32,442 nt of DNA from an uncultured archaeon. Lineage in GTDB: Archaea > Asgardarchaeota > Lokiarchaeia > Sigyniarchaeales > SOKP01. Shown piece after piece: positions 1 to 9,445 of the stretch. Every line of letters starts with the position of its first letter. Positions within the stretch are counted from its first letter, which is position 1. Both the position numbers and the translations under genes were made by a program. The stretch lies in assembly GCA_964632315.1 (NCBI GenBank), contig CAZWEM010000011.1, forward strand, positions 70,182-102,623, in the 5' to 3' direction. Under the pieces are notes generated by a model. It did no database searches and had not been told where the DNA came from. It saw nothing but the letters and a program-made list of their open reading frames with translations.

Positions 1-522
1 ATGAAATCTAAAAAAATTGTATTAATGGGTTTAGATAATAGCGGAAAATCTTCAATTGTATTATCATTAGAGGGAAGCAAAAATCTTCCAGCATTTTTTA
101 ACATGAAACCTACTAAAAATTATCAAATTAGAAAATTTAATCTCTTAGAAACTGATTTTAGAATATGGGATTTTGGTGGACAGGAACAGTACCGAAAAGA
201 TTATTTACTTAAATTTAAAGAGAATATCAAAGAAACCGATAAATTTATTTTTGTTCTCGACATTCAAGATGTTGTTCGATACGATCTTGCCCTAGATTAT
301 TTAAGGAAGGTTAGCCAATTATTAATTGAAAATGATATAAAAGTCGAATTTTCGATCTTTCTTCATAAATTCGACCCAGATTTGCATATTACCAATTCAA
401 AAATAACTGATGAAAGAATAGATGAATTAATTAAAAAAATTGAGATTGTAATGAATAACAATTTGGAATATGATCTATTTAAAACGACTATTTATGCAAC
501 CTTTCAAAAATCGGAAATTTAA
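1..522 (+). CDS. Small GTPase, Rag/Gtr- or Arf-like (Asgard-type); may extend upstream of the window edge
   Basis: G1 GLDNSGKS (Arf-like), G2 PT, G3 WDFGGQ, and G4 HKFD (HKxD as in Rag/Gtr GTPases). The ORF begins at base 1, so the true start cannot be verified. Confidence 0.88.
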   Translation: MKSKKIVLMGLDNSGKSSIVLSLEGSKNLPAFFNMKPTKNYQIRKFNLLETDFRIWDFGGQEQYRKDYLLKFKENIKETDKFIFVLDIQDVVRYDLALDYLRKVSQLLIENDIKVEFSIFLHKFDPDLHITNSKITDERIDELIKKIEIVMNNNLEYDLFKTTIYATFQKSEI

Positions 523-552
523 ACCTTAAATAAGAAAATAATAAGATTTTCA

Positions 553-3522
553 ATGAGTAATATTTCAAGTTATGTTAAAAGAGATATTTATGAATACTTA
601 ATATTTGGACTTGCGTTATTCCTAACATATCTTTCAAGTTTATACAGTTATCTCTTATTTCATTCTATAGCAGAGTTATTTAGCATTATAATTTCCGGTG
701 GGATTTTTTTAATAGGGTGGAACACGCGGAAATACATCAAAAGTTCCTTTTTCTTGGTGTTGGGTGTTTCCTTTATATTCATTGGGGTTATTGATTTACT
801 CCATACTCTCGCATATTCTGGAATGGGGGTTTTTCCCGCCCCAAGCTCTAATTTAGCAGCCCAATTATGGATCGCAGGTCGTTATGTGAAAGCTTTTTCT
901 TTTGTCTTAGCCTTATCTCTAATTCATAAAAAAGTAAATCCCAAATTTTTATTGGTTTTTTATGTTTTCTTGGATACAATCCTAATTTGGCTAATATTCG
1001 GGGGATTTTTTCCAACAACGTATATTGAAGGTTTTGGACTGACTGGATTTAAAATAGCGAGTGAATATGTTGTAAATATCATCTTTGGTCTATCGTTAGG
1101 AATTTTACTTATGATTAGATATGAATTTAGTAGAAAAGTTTTCATTTATTTGGTTATTTTCTTGGTTTCCACTATCATATCTGAACTCTCTTTTACTTTA
1201 TACGTGAATGTGTTTGACTTCTTCAACTTTATGGGGCACATATTCAAGATAATTGCTTTTTATTTCGTATATAAGGCTATTATTGAAACCGGCTTGGAGG
1301 AACCTTTTCAATTAATGTTTAGGAAGCTTAAAGCAAGTGAAAAATCATTACAAAGTCAAACAGACCATTTAAGGCTCGCATATTCTGAATCTGACCAGAT
1401 CTTTAATGCCGCACTTCCACTAAGAATTATAAATACTAAATTTGAGATAATTAAAGTTAATGAAACTTTCTGCGATTTATTTAATATTAAACCTGAGGAA
1501 GTAATTGGGAAAAAATGTAATGAGATATTTCCTCAAAGTTACTGCAATACTGAAGAATGTGCACTTAAAAGGATTCAGATTTTAAAGAGAGCAGTAGAAC
1601 ATGAAAGTGAGTTTGAATTAGATAATGGTACGAAATTATCATTGATTGTCAACTCAGTTCCATATAATGATAATTTTGGTGAATTTAAAGGAATTATTCA
1701 AAATTATACAAATATTTCGAATTTAAAAGAAGCAGAATTAAGTTTAAAACAGTCAGAGGAAAAATATAGATACTTAATCAACAATTCTCTAGAAGGAGTT
1801 TGGGTTTTAGATACTGAAGCTAAAACCGTTCTAGTGAATCCTTCAATGGCAAGCATGCTAGGATATACTGTTGATGAGATGATGGGAAAGTCATTTTTTA
1901 CATTCATGGATAATAGAGCAAGAGAGTCAGCAGCGATTTACTTCAAGGAGCGAATGGAGGGCATACAAGAAGAACACATGTTTAGATTCCAACATAAAGA
2001 TGGAAACGATATATATACTTCATTACGGGCATCTCCAATTTTTGATAAAGATAACAAATTTAACGGAGCAATGGCATTTATTACGAATGTCACGAAACAA
2101 AAAAGAGCTCAAGACAATTTAAAGGAAGCAGAATTGAAATATCATACTGCTTTTGAAGAATCTCCAGATGGAATCGCAATCCTTGATTCAGATTCACTAA
2201 AACCTTTTGAATTTAATGATAGACTTTGTGATTTATTAGGTTATAGCAGATTAGAATTAAATGACTTGAAAGTACAAGATTTCGAAGATACTAACAATCC
2301 GATAAAAATGGAAGAACACCTAAAAAAAGTTTTAGAGAAGGGAATTGATAAATTTGAAACAAAATTTAAAACAAAATATGGTACCGTGAAAGAAATTCTA
2401 GTTACTACAAAACCGATCAAATTAGCAGGGAATACATATTATCAATCAATCTTCCGAGATATCACTGAAGAAAAGAATGCTCTCGAAAAAATTGAAGATA
2501 TGGCAAAATTTCCAGCTGAAGATCCGAATCCCGTGATGCGAGTAAGTAAAAATTATGTACTCTTAGCTAATAAAGCAAGTCAAGATATTTTTAAGGTAGA
2601 TGAAGGTAGTAAAATTCCCCCAATCTTAGTTGATAGGGTTCAAAGGGCATTTTCTGAGAAGAAAAGTGAAGAATTTGAAATTTTCATTAAAAATCAAGTA
2701 TATTCTCTTTTTATAGTTCCGATCGAGGGTTCAAATTATGCAAATATTTACGGAATGGACATTACGATGAGAAAGAAAGCTAAAGAAGATTTAGAGCGTT
2801 TTGTTACAACAGTTTCACATGAATTAAGAACTCCTATTTCCGTACTTGTTTTGAGTATTGAATTTTTAACTAATCATGCTGAACAATTAACTGAGGAATT
2901 AAAAAATCAAATAAACAATAACATTGAAAAAAATGTTTACCTCCTGAAAGATTTAATCGAGGATATCTTAGTACTCTCTCGAATTGATGAACAAAAGATT
3001 AAGATTGAATGGGAGGAATACCATCCATCAACTCTCATTGAAGAATTATTAAATTTGATGAAACCTATGGGTAAAGAAAAAAATTTTACATTTCAAGTTA
3101 AAGTACCCCAAAATCTAAAATTACATGGTGATCTAAAGAGAATGGAACAAGTGTTTAGAATCTTCATTGATAATGCAATGAAATATTCGAAAGACCATGG
3201 AAATATTATTATTCAAGCAACTGACAGTTATGTTGGAAATTATAATAAAGAGGAAAAAGATGGAGTGTTATTTGAAGTTATTGATAAAGGAATAGGAATT
3301 TCAGCGGAAGATTTACCTAGAATTTTTGATAGGTTTTATCGCTCTGAAGAAGTCACTGATATACCAGGTACGGGATTAGGATTATCAATAGCAAAAGAAT
3401 TAGTTAATCTACATGATGGTGATATTTTTGTTACCAGTGAATTAGGAAAAGGTACTAATTTTTCAATATTTTTACCACGGAATAAACAAAAGAACGAAAA
3501 TTATCAAAATTTTTCAAATTAA
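553..3522 (+). CDS. Membrane sensor histidine kinase: MASE3 + multiple PAS + HisKA + HATPase
   Basis: Hydrophobic N-terminal ~245 aa with MASE3 motifs (LLFHSIAELFS, DLLHTLAY, QLWIAGRY), then 3-4 PAS/PAC repeats, H-box VSHELRTP, N-box DNAMKYS, G-boxes DKGIGI and GTGLGLSI. Confidence 0.93.
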   Translation: MSNISSYVKRDIYEYLIFGLALFLTYLSSLYSYLLFHSIAELFSIIISGGIFLIGWNTRKYIKSSFFLVLGVSFIFIGVIDLLHTLAYSGMGVFPAPSSNLAAQLWIAGRYVKAFSFVLALSLIHKKVNPKFLLVFYVFLDTILIWLIFGGFFPTTYIEGFGLTGFKIASEYVVNIIFGLSLGILLMIRYEFSRKVFIYLVIFLVSTIISELSFTLYVNVFDFFNFMGHIFKIIAFYFVYKAIIETGLEEPFQLMFRKLKASEKSLQSQTDHLRLAYSESDQIFNAALPLRIINTKFEIIKVNETFCDLFNIKPEEVIGKKCNEIFPQSYCNTEECALKRIQILKRAVEHESEFELDNGTKLSLIVNSVPYNDNFGEFKGIIQNYTNISNLKEAELSLKQSEEKYRYLINNSLEGVWVLDTEAKTVLVNPSMASMLGYTVDEMMGKSFFTFMDNRARESAAIYFKERMEGIQEEHMFRFQHKDGNDIYTSLRASPIFDKDNKFNGAMAFITNVTKQKRAQDNLKEAELKYHTAFEESPDGIAILDSDSLKPFEFNDRLCDLLGYSRLELNDLKVQDFEDTNNPIKMEEHLKKVLEKGIDKFETKFKTKYGTVKEILVTTKPIKLAGNTYYQSIFRDITEEKNALEKIEDMAKFPAEDPNPVMRVSKNYVLLANKASQDIFKVDEGSKIPPILVDRVQRAFSEKKSEEFEIFIKNQVYSLFIVPIEGSNYANIYGMDITMRKKAKEDLERFVTTVSHELRTPISVLVLSIEFLTNHAEQLTEELKNQINNNIEKNVYLLKDLIEDILVLSRIDEQKIKIEWEEYHPSTLIEELLNLMKPMGKEKNFTFQVKVPQNLKLHGDLKRMEQVFRIFIDNAMKYSKDHGNIIIQATDSYVGNYNKEEKDGVLFEVIDKGIGISAEDLPRIFDRFYRSEEVTDIPGTGLGLSIAKELVNLHDGDIFVTSELGKGTNFSIFLPRNKQKNENYQNFSN

Positions 3523-3541
3523 TAACAGATGTTATGAGATT

Positions 3542-4414
3542 ATGAGACCACTTGTATTAATAGTTGAAGATAATGTTGACTTGCTGTTTAATTTGGATTT
3601 AATTCTAAAATCAAATAACTATCAAACAATTATTGCAAAAAACGGAGTTGATGCCTTAGAAAAATTAAACACGTCAGATCTTAACCCCAACATCATTATT
3701 AGTGATATTTTAATGCCAAAAATGAATGGATATGAATTCTTTGAAAAGATTTCGAATGATCCACGTTGGCATAGAATTCCATTTATATTTCTTTCAGCTA
3801 AGGCAACTCCTGAAGATATTCGGCTTGGGAAATTACTTGGAGCAGACGACTATATTACAAAGCCGTTTGAGGAAAAAGATTTATTAGCTACCCTTACAGG
3901 ACGAATGAATAGGATTCAAAGAATTGAAAAAATAGACCAAAGTCTCTCCGATTTTAAACTTGATAAAACTGAAATTGAGAATATTCGAAAAGAGAATGAG
4001 TACTTACTTTTTGTCATTTGGGATGATAAATTAGGCCCAGAATTAAAGGATTTTTATCCAAAAAAAGAAAAATTTCATATACCACTTGACAATTTAGCTA
4101 ACCAACTCTTTTCAGCTGTAACTTCCATATATGGCCAAAATTCTATTAATAAAGCAGAGGGATTATTAATTAACATTAAGAACGTCGATTTTTATGGTTA
4201 TGTATATTTTGATGCTTATCCAAGTGAGAGTGAAAGATATGGTGAAAAACAGTACATGCTTGCGTTTCTCTCACCCTTTATAAGTTACCTGCATTCTCTA
4301 GAAATTAAATCTGTGCTTGAAGAAATTTCAATAAAGTTAAAAGAAAATTTAGGCTGGAGTATTAAGAATTATTGGAAACTATTACAAGAACTCATGCTTG
4401 ACGTATTAGATTAA
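3542..4414 (+). CDS. Response regulator: REC domain + C-terminal uDENN/longin-like domain
   Basis: REC motifs VEDN, ISDILMP (phosphoacceptor Asp), FLSAK, KPF. The C-terminal ~135 aa start LLFVIWDDKLGPEL and show no HTH. Confidence 0.88.
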   Translation: MRPLVLIVEDNVDLLFNLDLILKSNNYQTIIAKNGVDALEKLNTSDLNPNIIISDILMPKMNGYEFFEKISNDPRWHRIPFIFLSAKATPEDIRLGKLLGADDYITKPFEEKDLLATLTGRMNRIQRIEKIDQSLSDFKLDKTEIENIRKENEYLLFVIWDDKLGPELKDFYPKKEKFHIPLDNLANQLFSAVTSIYGQNSINKAEGLLINIKNVDFYGYVYFDAYPSESERYGEKQYMLAFLSPFISYLHSLEIKSVLEEISIKLKENLGWSIKNYWKLLQELMLDVLD

Positions 4415-4419
4415 TATAT

Positions 4420-5346
4420 CTAATAATCATAGAGGTCAGTCGATAAATATCTTTCGCCTGTATCACACACAACGAAAACTATATTCTCATCTTGTTCAAA
4501 TTGCTGCGATGCCATATGAATTGCTGCCCAAGCGATCGCTCCGGAACTTATTCCTGCAAAAATTCCTTCTTTTTTAGCTAAATTCCGAGCGGTTTCTACA
4601 GCATCATCATATTTTACCATTATTACCTCATCATAAATTTCCGTATTTAAAACTTCGGGAATAAATCCAGCCCCTATACCTTGAATTTTGTGAGGTCCTG
4701 CTGCACCTCCTGAAAGAACGGGTGAATCAAATGGTTCCACAGCGAAAATCTTGACCCTAGCTCCAACAGAATTCTTTAAGATCTCTCCAACTCCAGTTAT
4801 TGTACCTCCAGTACCAACCCCTGCAACAAAAGCATCTATTCGCCCATCTAAATCGTTAAAAATTTCTTTTGCTGTAGTTTGACGATGAATTTCTGGGTTT
4901 GCTTGATTCTTAAATTGTTGGGGGATAAAGACATTTTGTTTTTCTTTTGCTAATTCTTCAGCCTTTACTATAGCCCCTTTCATCCCTCCTTCTTTAGGAG
5001 TTAGAATCACTTCTGCACCATATGCCTTCAAAACTTTAACTCTTTCTAAAGATACTCCTTCGGGCATTGTCAAGATCAATTTATAGCCCTTCGCCGCGCA
5101 TATCATAGCTAAACCAATTCCAGTATTTCCAGATGTAGGCTCAACAATCGTACTCTCACTTGTTATTAAGCCTTCCTCTTCTGCTTTTTGTATCATAGCA
5201 AAACCGATCCTATCCTTCACACTTCCTCCTGGATTAAAATACTCTAATTTAGCATAGAGATTTGGTTTAATTCCTTTCGAGATCCGATTTAATTTCACTA
5301 AAGGAGTCCTACCAATTGTTTCAATTATATTATTATATATTCTCAT
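4420..5346 (-). CDS. cysK: Cysteine synthase A (O-acetylserine sulfhydrylase)
   Basis: PLP-lysine motif NPGGSVKDR, EPTSGNTG, GVGTGGT, HKIQGIG, GISSGA, DTGERYLST. Confidence 0.96.
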   Translation of the reverse strand: MRIYNNIIETIGRTPLVKLNRISKGIKPNLYAKLEYFNPGGSVKDRIGFAMIQKAEEEGLITSESTIVEPTSGNTGIGLAMICAAKGYKLILTMPEGVSLERVKVLKAYGAEVILTPKEGGMKGAIVKAEELAKEKQNVFIPQQFKNQANPEIHRQTTAKEIFNDLDGRIDAFVAGVGTGGTITGVGEILKNSVGARVKIFAVEPFDSPVLSGGAAGPHKIQGIGAGFIPEVLNTEIYDEVIMVKYDDAVETARNLAKKEGIFAGISSGAIAWAAIHMASQQFEQDENIVFVVCDTGERYLSTDLYDY

Positions 5347-5383
5347 TCATATCACTACTCTTTATTTTGTACTTTAATTTATT

Positions 5384-6214
5384 TTAAATTCCTCCCCCAT
5401 AACTTCCATAATATACTTCTATGTCATCTTCTGCTTTATTTGTAATATTTAATTGGCTTTCTAAATTTTTAAGCCTTTCTTCTAATTTTGATATCGCAAT
5501 AGATAAAGGATCGGGAAGATCACCATGTCTGAGATCGACTCTTTTAATTTTCTCTCCTTCCCTTGAGATAATCCTTCCAGGAACCCCTACAACTACAGAA
5601 TTATCTGGAACACTGTGGATTACCACTGAGTTAGCTCCTATCCTAACATTGTTGCCAACCGTGACTGGACCTAAAATCTTTGCTCCAGTACCTATCACTA
5701 CGTTATCTCCGAGCGTAGGATGCCGTTTTTCGTGCTTTAATTCTGTACCACCAAGTACTACTCCAGCATATATGGTGACATTATTTCCTATTATAGAAGT
5801 TTCTCCAATAACCACTCCACCTCCATGATCTATAAAAAAATCACTTCCTATATCTGCTCCAGGGTGAATTTCGATTCCAGTTAATTCACGGGCAACTTCT
5901 GATAGGTATCTTGGAATAAATGGCATATTTAATTTATTAAGAAAATGTGCAACTCGATGGAGTACTATAGCTTTAACTCCAGGATAACTAGTAATTACTT
6001 CCATTAAAGAACGTGCTGCAGGATCTTTTGTAAAGGCAGCTCTTACATCTGATATAAAAAAATCTAGAATTCGCTGAAGATCAGAATCCACATTTGTAAG
6101 ATCTAAATCAAATGTCTTGAAATCTAGACTCATCAAGCAATCGACACAATAACTATGGGAACTTTTATTAGAGATTTTTTTACCACAATTTAGGCATTTT
6201 AAAAATCCTTCCAT
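5384..6214 (-). CDS. cysE: Serine O-acetyltransferase with N-terminal CxxC...CxxC extension
   Basis: DPAA, YPG, TGIEIHPGA, FIDHG, KRHPTLGDNV hexapeptide repeats, VGVPGR. Directly upstream of cysK. Confidence 0.94.
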   Translation of the reverse strand: MEGFLKCLNCGKKISNKSSHSYCVDCLMSLDFKTFDLDLTNVDSDLQRILDFFISDVRAAFTKDPAARSLMEVITSYPGVKAIVLHRVAHFLNKLNMPFIPRYLSEVARELTGIEIHPGADIGSDFFIDHGGGVVIGETSIIGNNVTIYAGVVLGGTELKHEKRHPTLGDNVVIGTGAKILGPVTVGNNVRIGANSVVIHSVPDNSVVVGVPGRIISREGEKIKRVDLRHGDLPDPLSIAISKLEERLKNLESQLNITNKAEDDIEVYYGSYGGGI

Positions 6215-6514
6215 TTTAATCAGTGATGAATTTAATTATTTTCAGTAATTATTTATGATCTTTTTATAGTATAATTTATGGGTAAACAATAAAATTTTGC
6301 CTATTTTTCATAAGTAAACACATTAATTCAATAATTACTATGAAGTCGATTTATAGTTCAATTGAAGTTCATAAGAAAAAGCTATAAAATAGGTTTAAAT
6401 CCAGTTTTGAGCTAAATTCATAACTTTTTTCATTCCTAAAATTATACTAATATATAAATAACTAAAGCTTCACTTGAGTAATAGGGAAGATTGCTATTCA
6501 GAATGTGACAATCA

Positions 6515-9376
6515 ATGATTTTAGATCAAAAAAAAACAGAAAATCTCGTAGCTCGATATAGTAGATTGTTGAATTCGATTAACAATTTGATATTTATAGT
6601 CACATCTAACTCTGATTTCGTAATTGAATATTGTAATGAATGTGAATTTTTAAATAGTTTGGGATATTTATCAGAGGAATTAATTGGTAAGTCTTTCCTT
6701 GAGATTGTTCATCCAGAGGAGAATAGTCTTATTTCTAGGGTTTTAGGACAAGTTTCTGAACCAATAATCCAAACTCAAGAAATTAAAATCCTAAATACTA
6801 AGAAAGAAGCGGTATGGACAGAAATTAAAGTGAATAAGCTCATAAGTGATGATAAAGAACTTCGATTAATAATTAATCTGAGTGATATAACAAAAAGAAA
6901 AAGATTAGAAGAAGAAATCAAGGTAAACGAAGAGAGATTTAAAAAAATCACGAATACAATTCCAGAAATTCGCTTCTGGAAATTATTTAATCCAAAAAAA
7001 TTTGAAGAAGCATTACAAAGCTCTTATGAGCTGTTAGAAATTGTAATGGAAAACATTCCACAATACATTTACTGGAAGGACATGGAACTTAATTATTTAG
7101 GATGTAATGATAATTATGCAAACCTCATTGGACTTGATTCTCCTGAAAGTATAATAAATAAATCCGATGAGGAAATTTTATGGGATGAGACTCAAATAAA
7201 ACATAATGAGACACATGAAAAGAAAGTAATAGAGACAAACAACCCTAAATTTAGAATGACAGAATCTTGGATCTTAAGAAACGGAAAAAAAATGTGGGTT
7301 AATTGCAATCGAGTGCCACTCGTAGATTCTGATGGAAAAGTGGTAGGAATCCTTGTGACTTTTGAAGATATTACAGAACGAAAGTTAGCAGAAGAAACAT
7401 TACAGATGGAACATCAAAAATTAGAACGTATAATGGAGACTAATCCTGCTGGGATTCTGTCTGTTGACAAAGAAGGAAAGATCACTTATATTAACTCTCA
7501 AGCAGAAAGAGTTCTAAAAACGACAAAGTCCAAGCTACTGAATACGTATCTAAAAAATGGTATTTTTAGAATGTTAGACAATAAAGGAAATCCCCTCAAA
7601 CAGAAAAAACGTCCTTATCAAATTATTCACAAAACTAAAAAACCTCTTTATGATCAACAAATCATCTTTGAAACAACTCACAACGAGCGAATATATATCT
7701 CTTTGAATGGTACTCCGTTGTTAGATGCTGAAGGAGATATTGAAAACATTATCTTTACTGTAGCAGATATAACTGAAAAAGTTTTTGCGGAAGAAAGAAT
7801 CAAAGAATCGGAAAAGAAATACAGAGATTTATTAGAAACCTCATCAGTCGGTATATTAGAAATTGAAGTACAAAACGAAGTTATATCTTATGTGAATTTA
7901 ATAGTAATTGAAATCATGGGATATCAAGAAGATGAATTCTTATATGAAAATTTAAACAAGATTATCCACCCTGATGATTTCATGAAATTATTAAAGTCTA
8001 ATGAAGGAATGGATTTAGAATTTCGAATAATTACGAAAGATGGGAAATTAAAGTGGCTACATGGGAAGAGATCAGACCAATATGATGATGATGGAACTCT
8101 TATCTTATTTCGCCTTTGGGTGGAAGATGTTACCGAGAAGAAAATGTATGAGCAACTAATATATGAACTTAATATAAACTTCTTAAATTTCACGACCAAC
8201 ACTCAGAGGAATATCCAATTATTACTGAACACTTGCTTAAAGCTTCTTGAAGGGAATTTAGTGCTATATGTTAACAAGCGAAGTTACGAAGAAAGGGTTG
8301 AATATGTTATCACTACAAATAAGGGTGAGATAGTAAGATATTCGGCAACTGATTTTGAGGAAAAAATCTTCTGCTCCGAAATTTTTCAAGAAAAACATGA
8401 TTTTCCTCAAGAATATTTTAACGTGCATGAAACTGAATATGCTCTTACTGATAAATTCATAAGGGAGAATGATATTCACACGTGTTATGGTAAATTAATA
8501 TTAACCGGAAATGAATTAAACAATGCAATCTGCGTTCTTTATAAAAGCACTCCGATAATCACCAATCAAAACAAGTTAGTATTATTTTTAATCTGTGATG
8601 CTTTAGAAATAGAGCAGAAACGTTGGCAAGTACAAAAACATTTAGAAGAACAAAACAAAATGCTTAGTGAGATAAATAGATTAAAATCTGAACTTTTTTC
8701 TAGGACTTCTCACGAATTAAAAACTCCTTTAATCTCTATTAAGGGATTCACGGAATTATTGCTGAAGTTGCATTCTAACAAATTAGATGATGATGTTATT
8801 TCAATATTAGAAGAGATTAAAAAAGGCAGTAAACGGTTGGAAAATTACATTAACGCAATCGTTGAAAGCTCTCGATTAGAGCAGGGATTAATAAGACTTA
8901 ATAAAACAAGAGAGAATCTCTCATTTTTAATAAATTATTGTGTCAGGCAGCTTGAAGGAATGGCTGAGCTTAGAGATCAGAAGATATTCGTTAATATTTC
9001 AGAAGATATGACATCACACTTTGATAAAGAAAGAATATATGAGGTCGTGTCAAACTTGTTGTTAAATGCAATAAAGTATACACCAATAGGGGGGACTATC
9101 ACCATAACCTCTAAAGATGATGGAAAAAACTATACTATATTATTTAAAGATACAGGAATTGGTCTAACAGATCAGGAAAAAAAGCAATTGTTTACTCAAT
9201 TTGGTAAAATCGAAAGATATGGTCAAGGATGGGATGTTGGCATAGAGGGTACAGGTCTGGGATTATATATTTCAAAAGAAATTGTAGAATTACACGGAGG
9301 TGTTATTTCAGCAACTTCAGAAGGTCGGAACAAGGGAAGCACGTTTTATTTTTCAATTCCAAAAATTGAGGAATAA
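6515..9376 (+). CDS. Cytoplasmic multi-PAS sensor histidine kinase, with a possible GAF-like segment before HisKA
   Basis: About 4 PAS/PAC repeats (IVHPEE, IYWKD...DITERK, IIHPDD), H-box TSHELKTP, N-box NLLLNAIKYT, DTGIG, GTGLGLYI. No obvious TM segment. Confidence 0.92.
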   Translation: MILDQKKTENLVARYSRLLNSINNLIFIVTSNSDFVIEYCNECEFLNSLGYLSEELIGKSFLEIVHPEENSLISRVLGQVSEPIIQTQEIKILNTKKEAVWTEIKVNKLISDDKELRLIINLSDITKRKRLEEEIKVNEERFKKITNTIPEIRFWKLFNPKKFEEALQSSYELLEIVMENIPQYIYWKDMELNYLGCNDNYANLIGLDSPESIINKSDEEILWDETQIKHNETHEKKVIETNNPKFRMTESWILRNGKKMWVNCNRVPLVDSDGKVVGILVTFEDITERKLAEETLQMEHQKLERIMETNPAGILSVDKEGKITYINSQAERVLKTTKSKLLNTYLKNGIFRMLDNKGNPLKQKKRPYQIIHKTKKPLYDQQIIFETTHNERIYISLNGTPLLDAEGDIENIIFTVADITEKVFAEERIKESEKKYRDLLETSSVGILEIEVQNEVISYVNLIVIEIMGYQEDEFLYENLNKIIHPDDFMKLLKSNEGMDLEFRIITKDGKLKWLHGKRSDQYDDDGTLILFRLWVEDVTEKKMYEQLIYELNINFLNFTTNTQRNIQLLLNTCLKLLEGNLVLYVNKRSYEERVEYVITTNKGEIVRYSATDFEEKIFCSEIFQEKHDFPQEYFNVHETEYALTDKFIRENDIHTCYGKLILTGNELNNAICVLYKSTPIITNQNKLVLFLICDALEIEQKRWQVQKHLEEQNKMLSEINRLKSELFSRTSHELKTPLISIKGFTELLLKLHSNKLDDDVISILEEIKKGSKRLENYINAIVESSRLEQGLIRLNKTRENLSFLINYCVRQLEGMAELRDQKIFVNISEDMTSHFDKERIYEVVSNLLLNAIKYTPIGGTITITSKDDGKNYTILFKDTGIGLTDQEKKQLFTQFGKIERYGQGWDVGIEGTGLGLYISKEIVELHGGVISATSEGRNKGSTFYFSIPKIEE

Positions 9377-9445
9377 GAATTATAATTTTAAAAATATTTA
9401 AGGATAAATAGATATAATATATATTAAAGAAAAGAAGGGTAATGA

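Noticed and set aside
960-1907. Minus-strand ORFs 960-1145 and 1704-1907
   Set aside because: Short antisense shadows inside the well-supported MASE3 kinase, with no motifs.
5421-5828. 135-aa plus-strand ORF
   Set aside because: Antisense to cysE. The Pro/Thr/Ser-rich composition is the mirror of the hexapeptide repeats.
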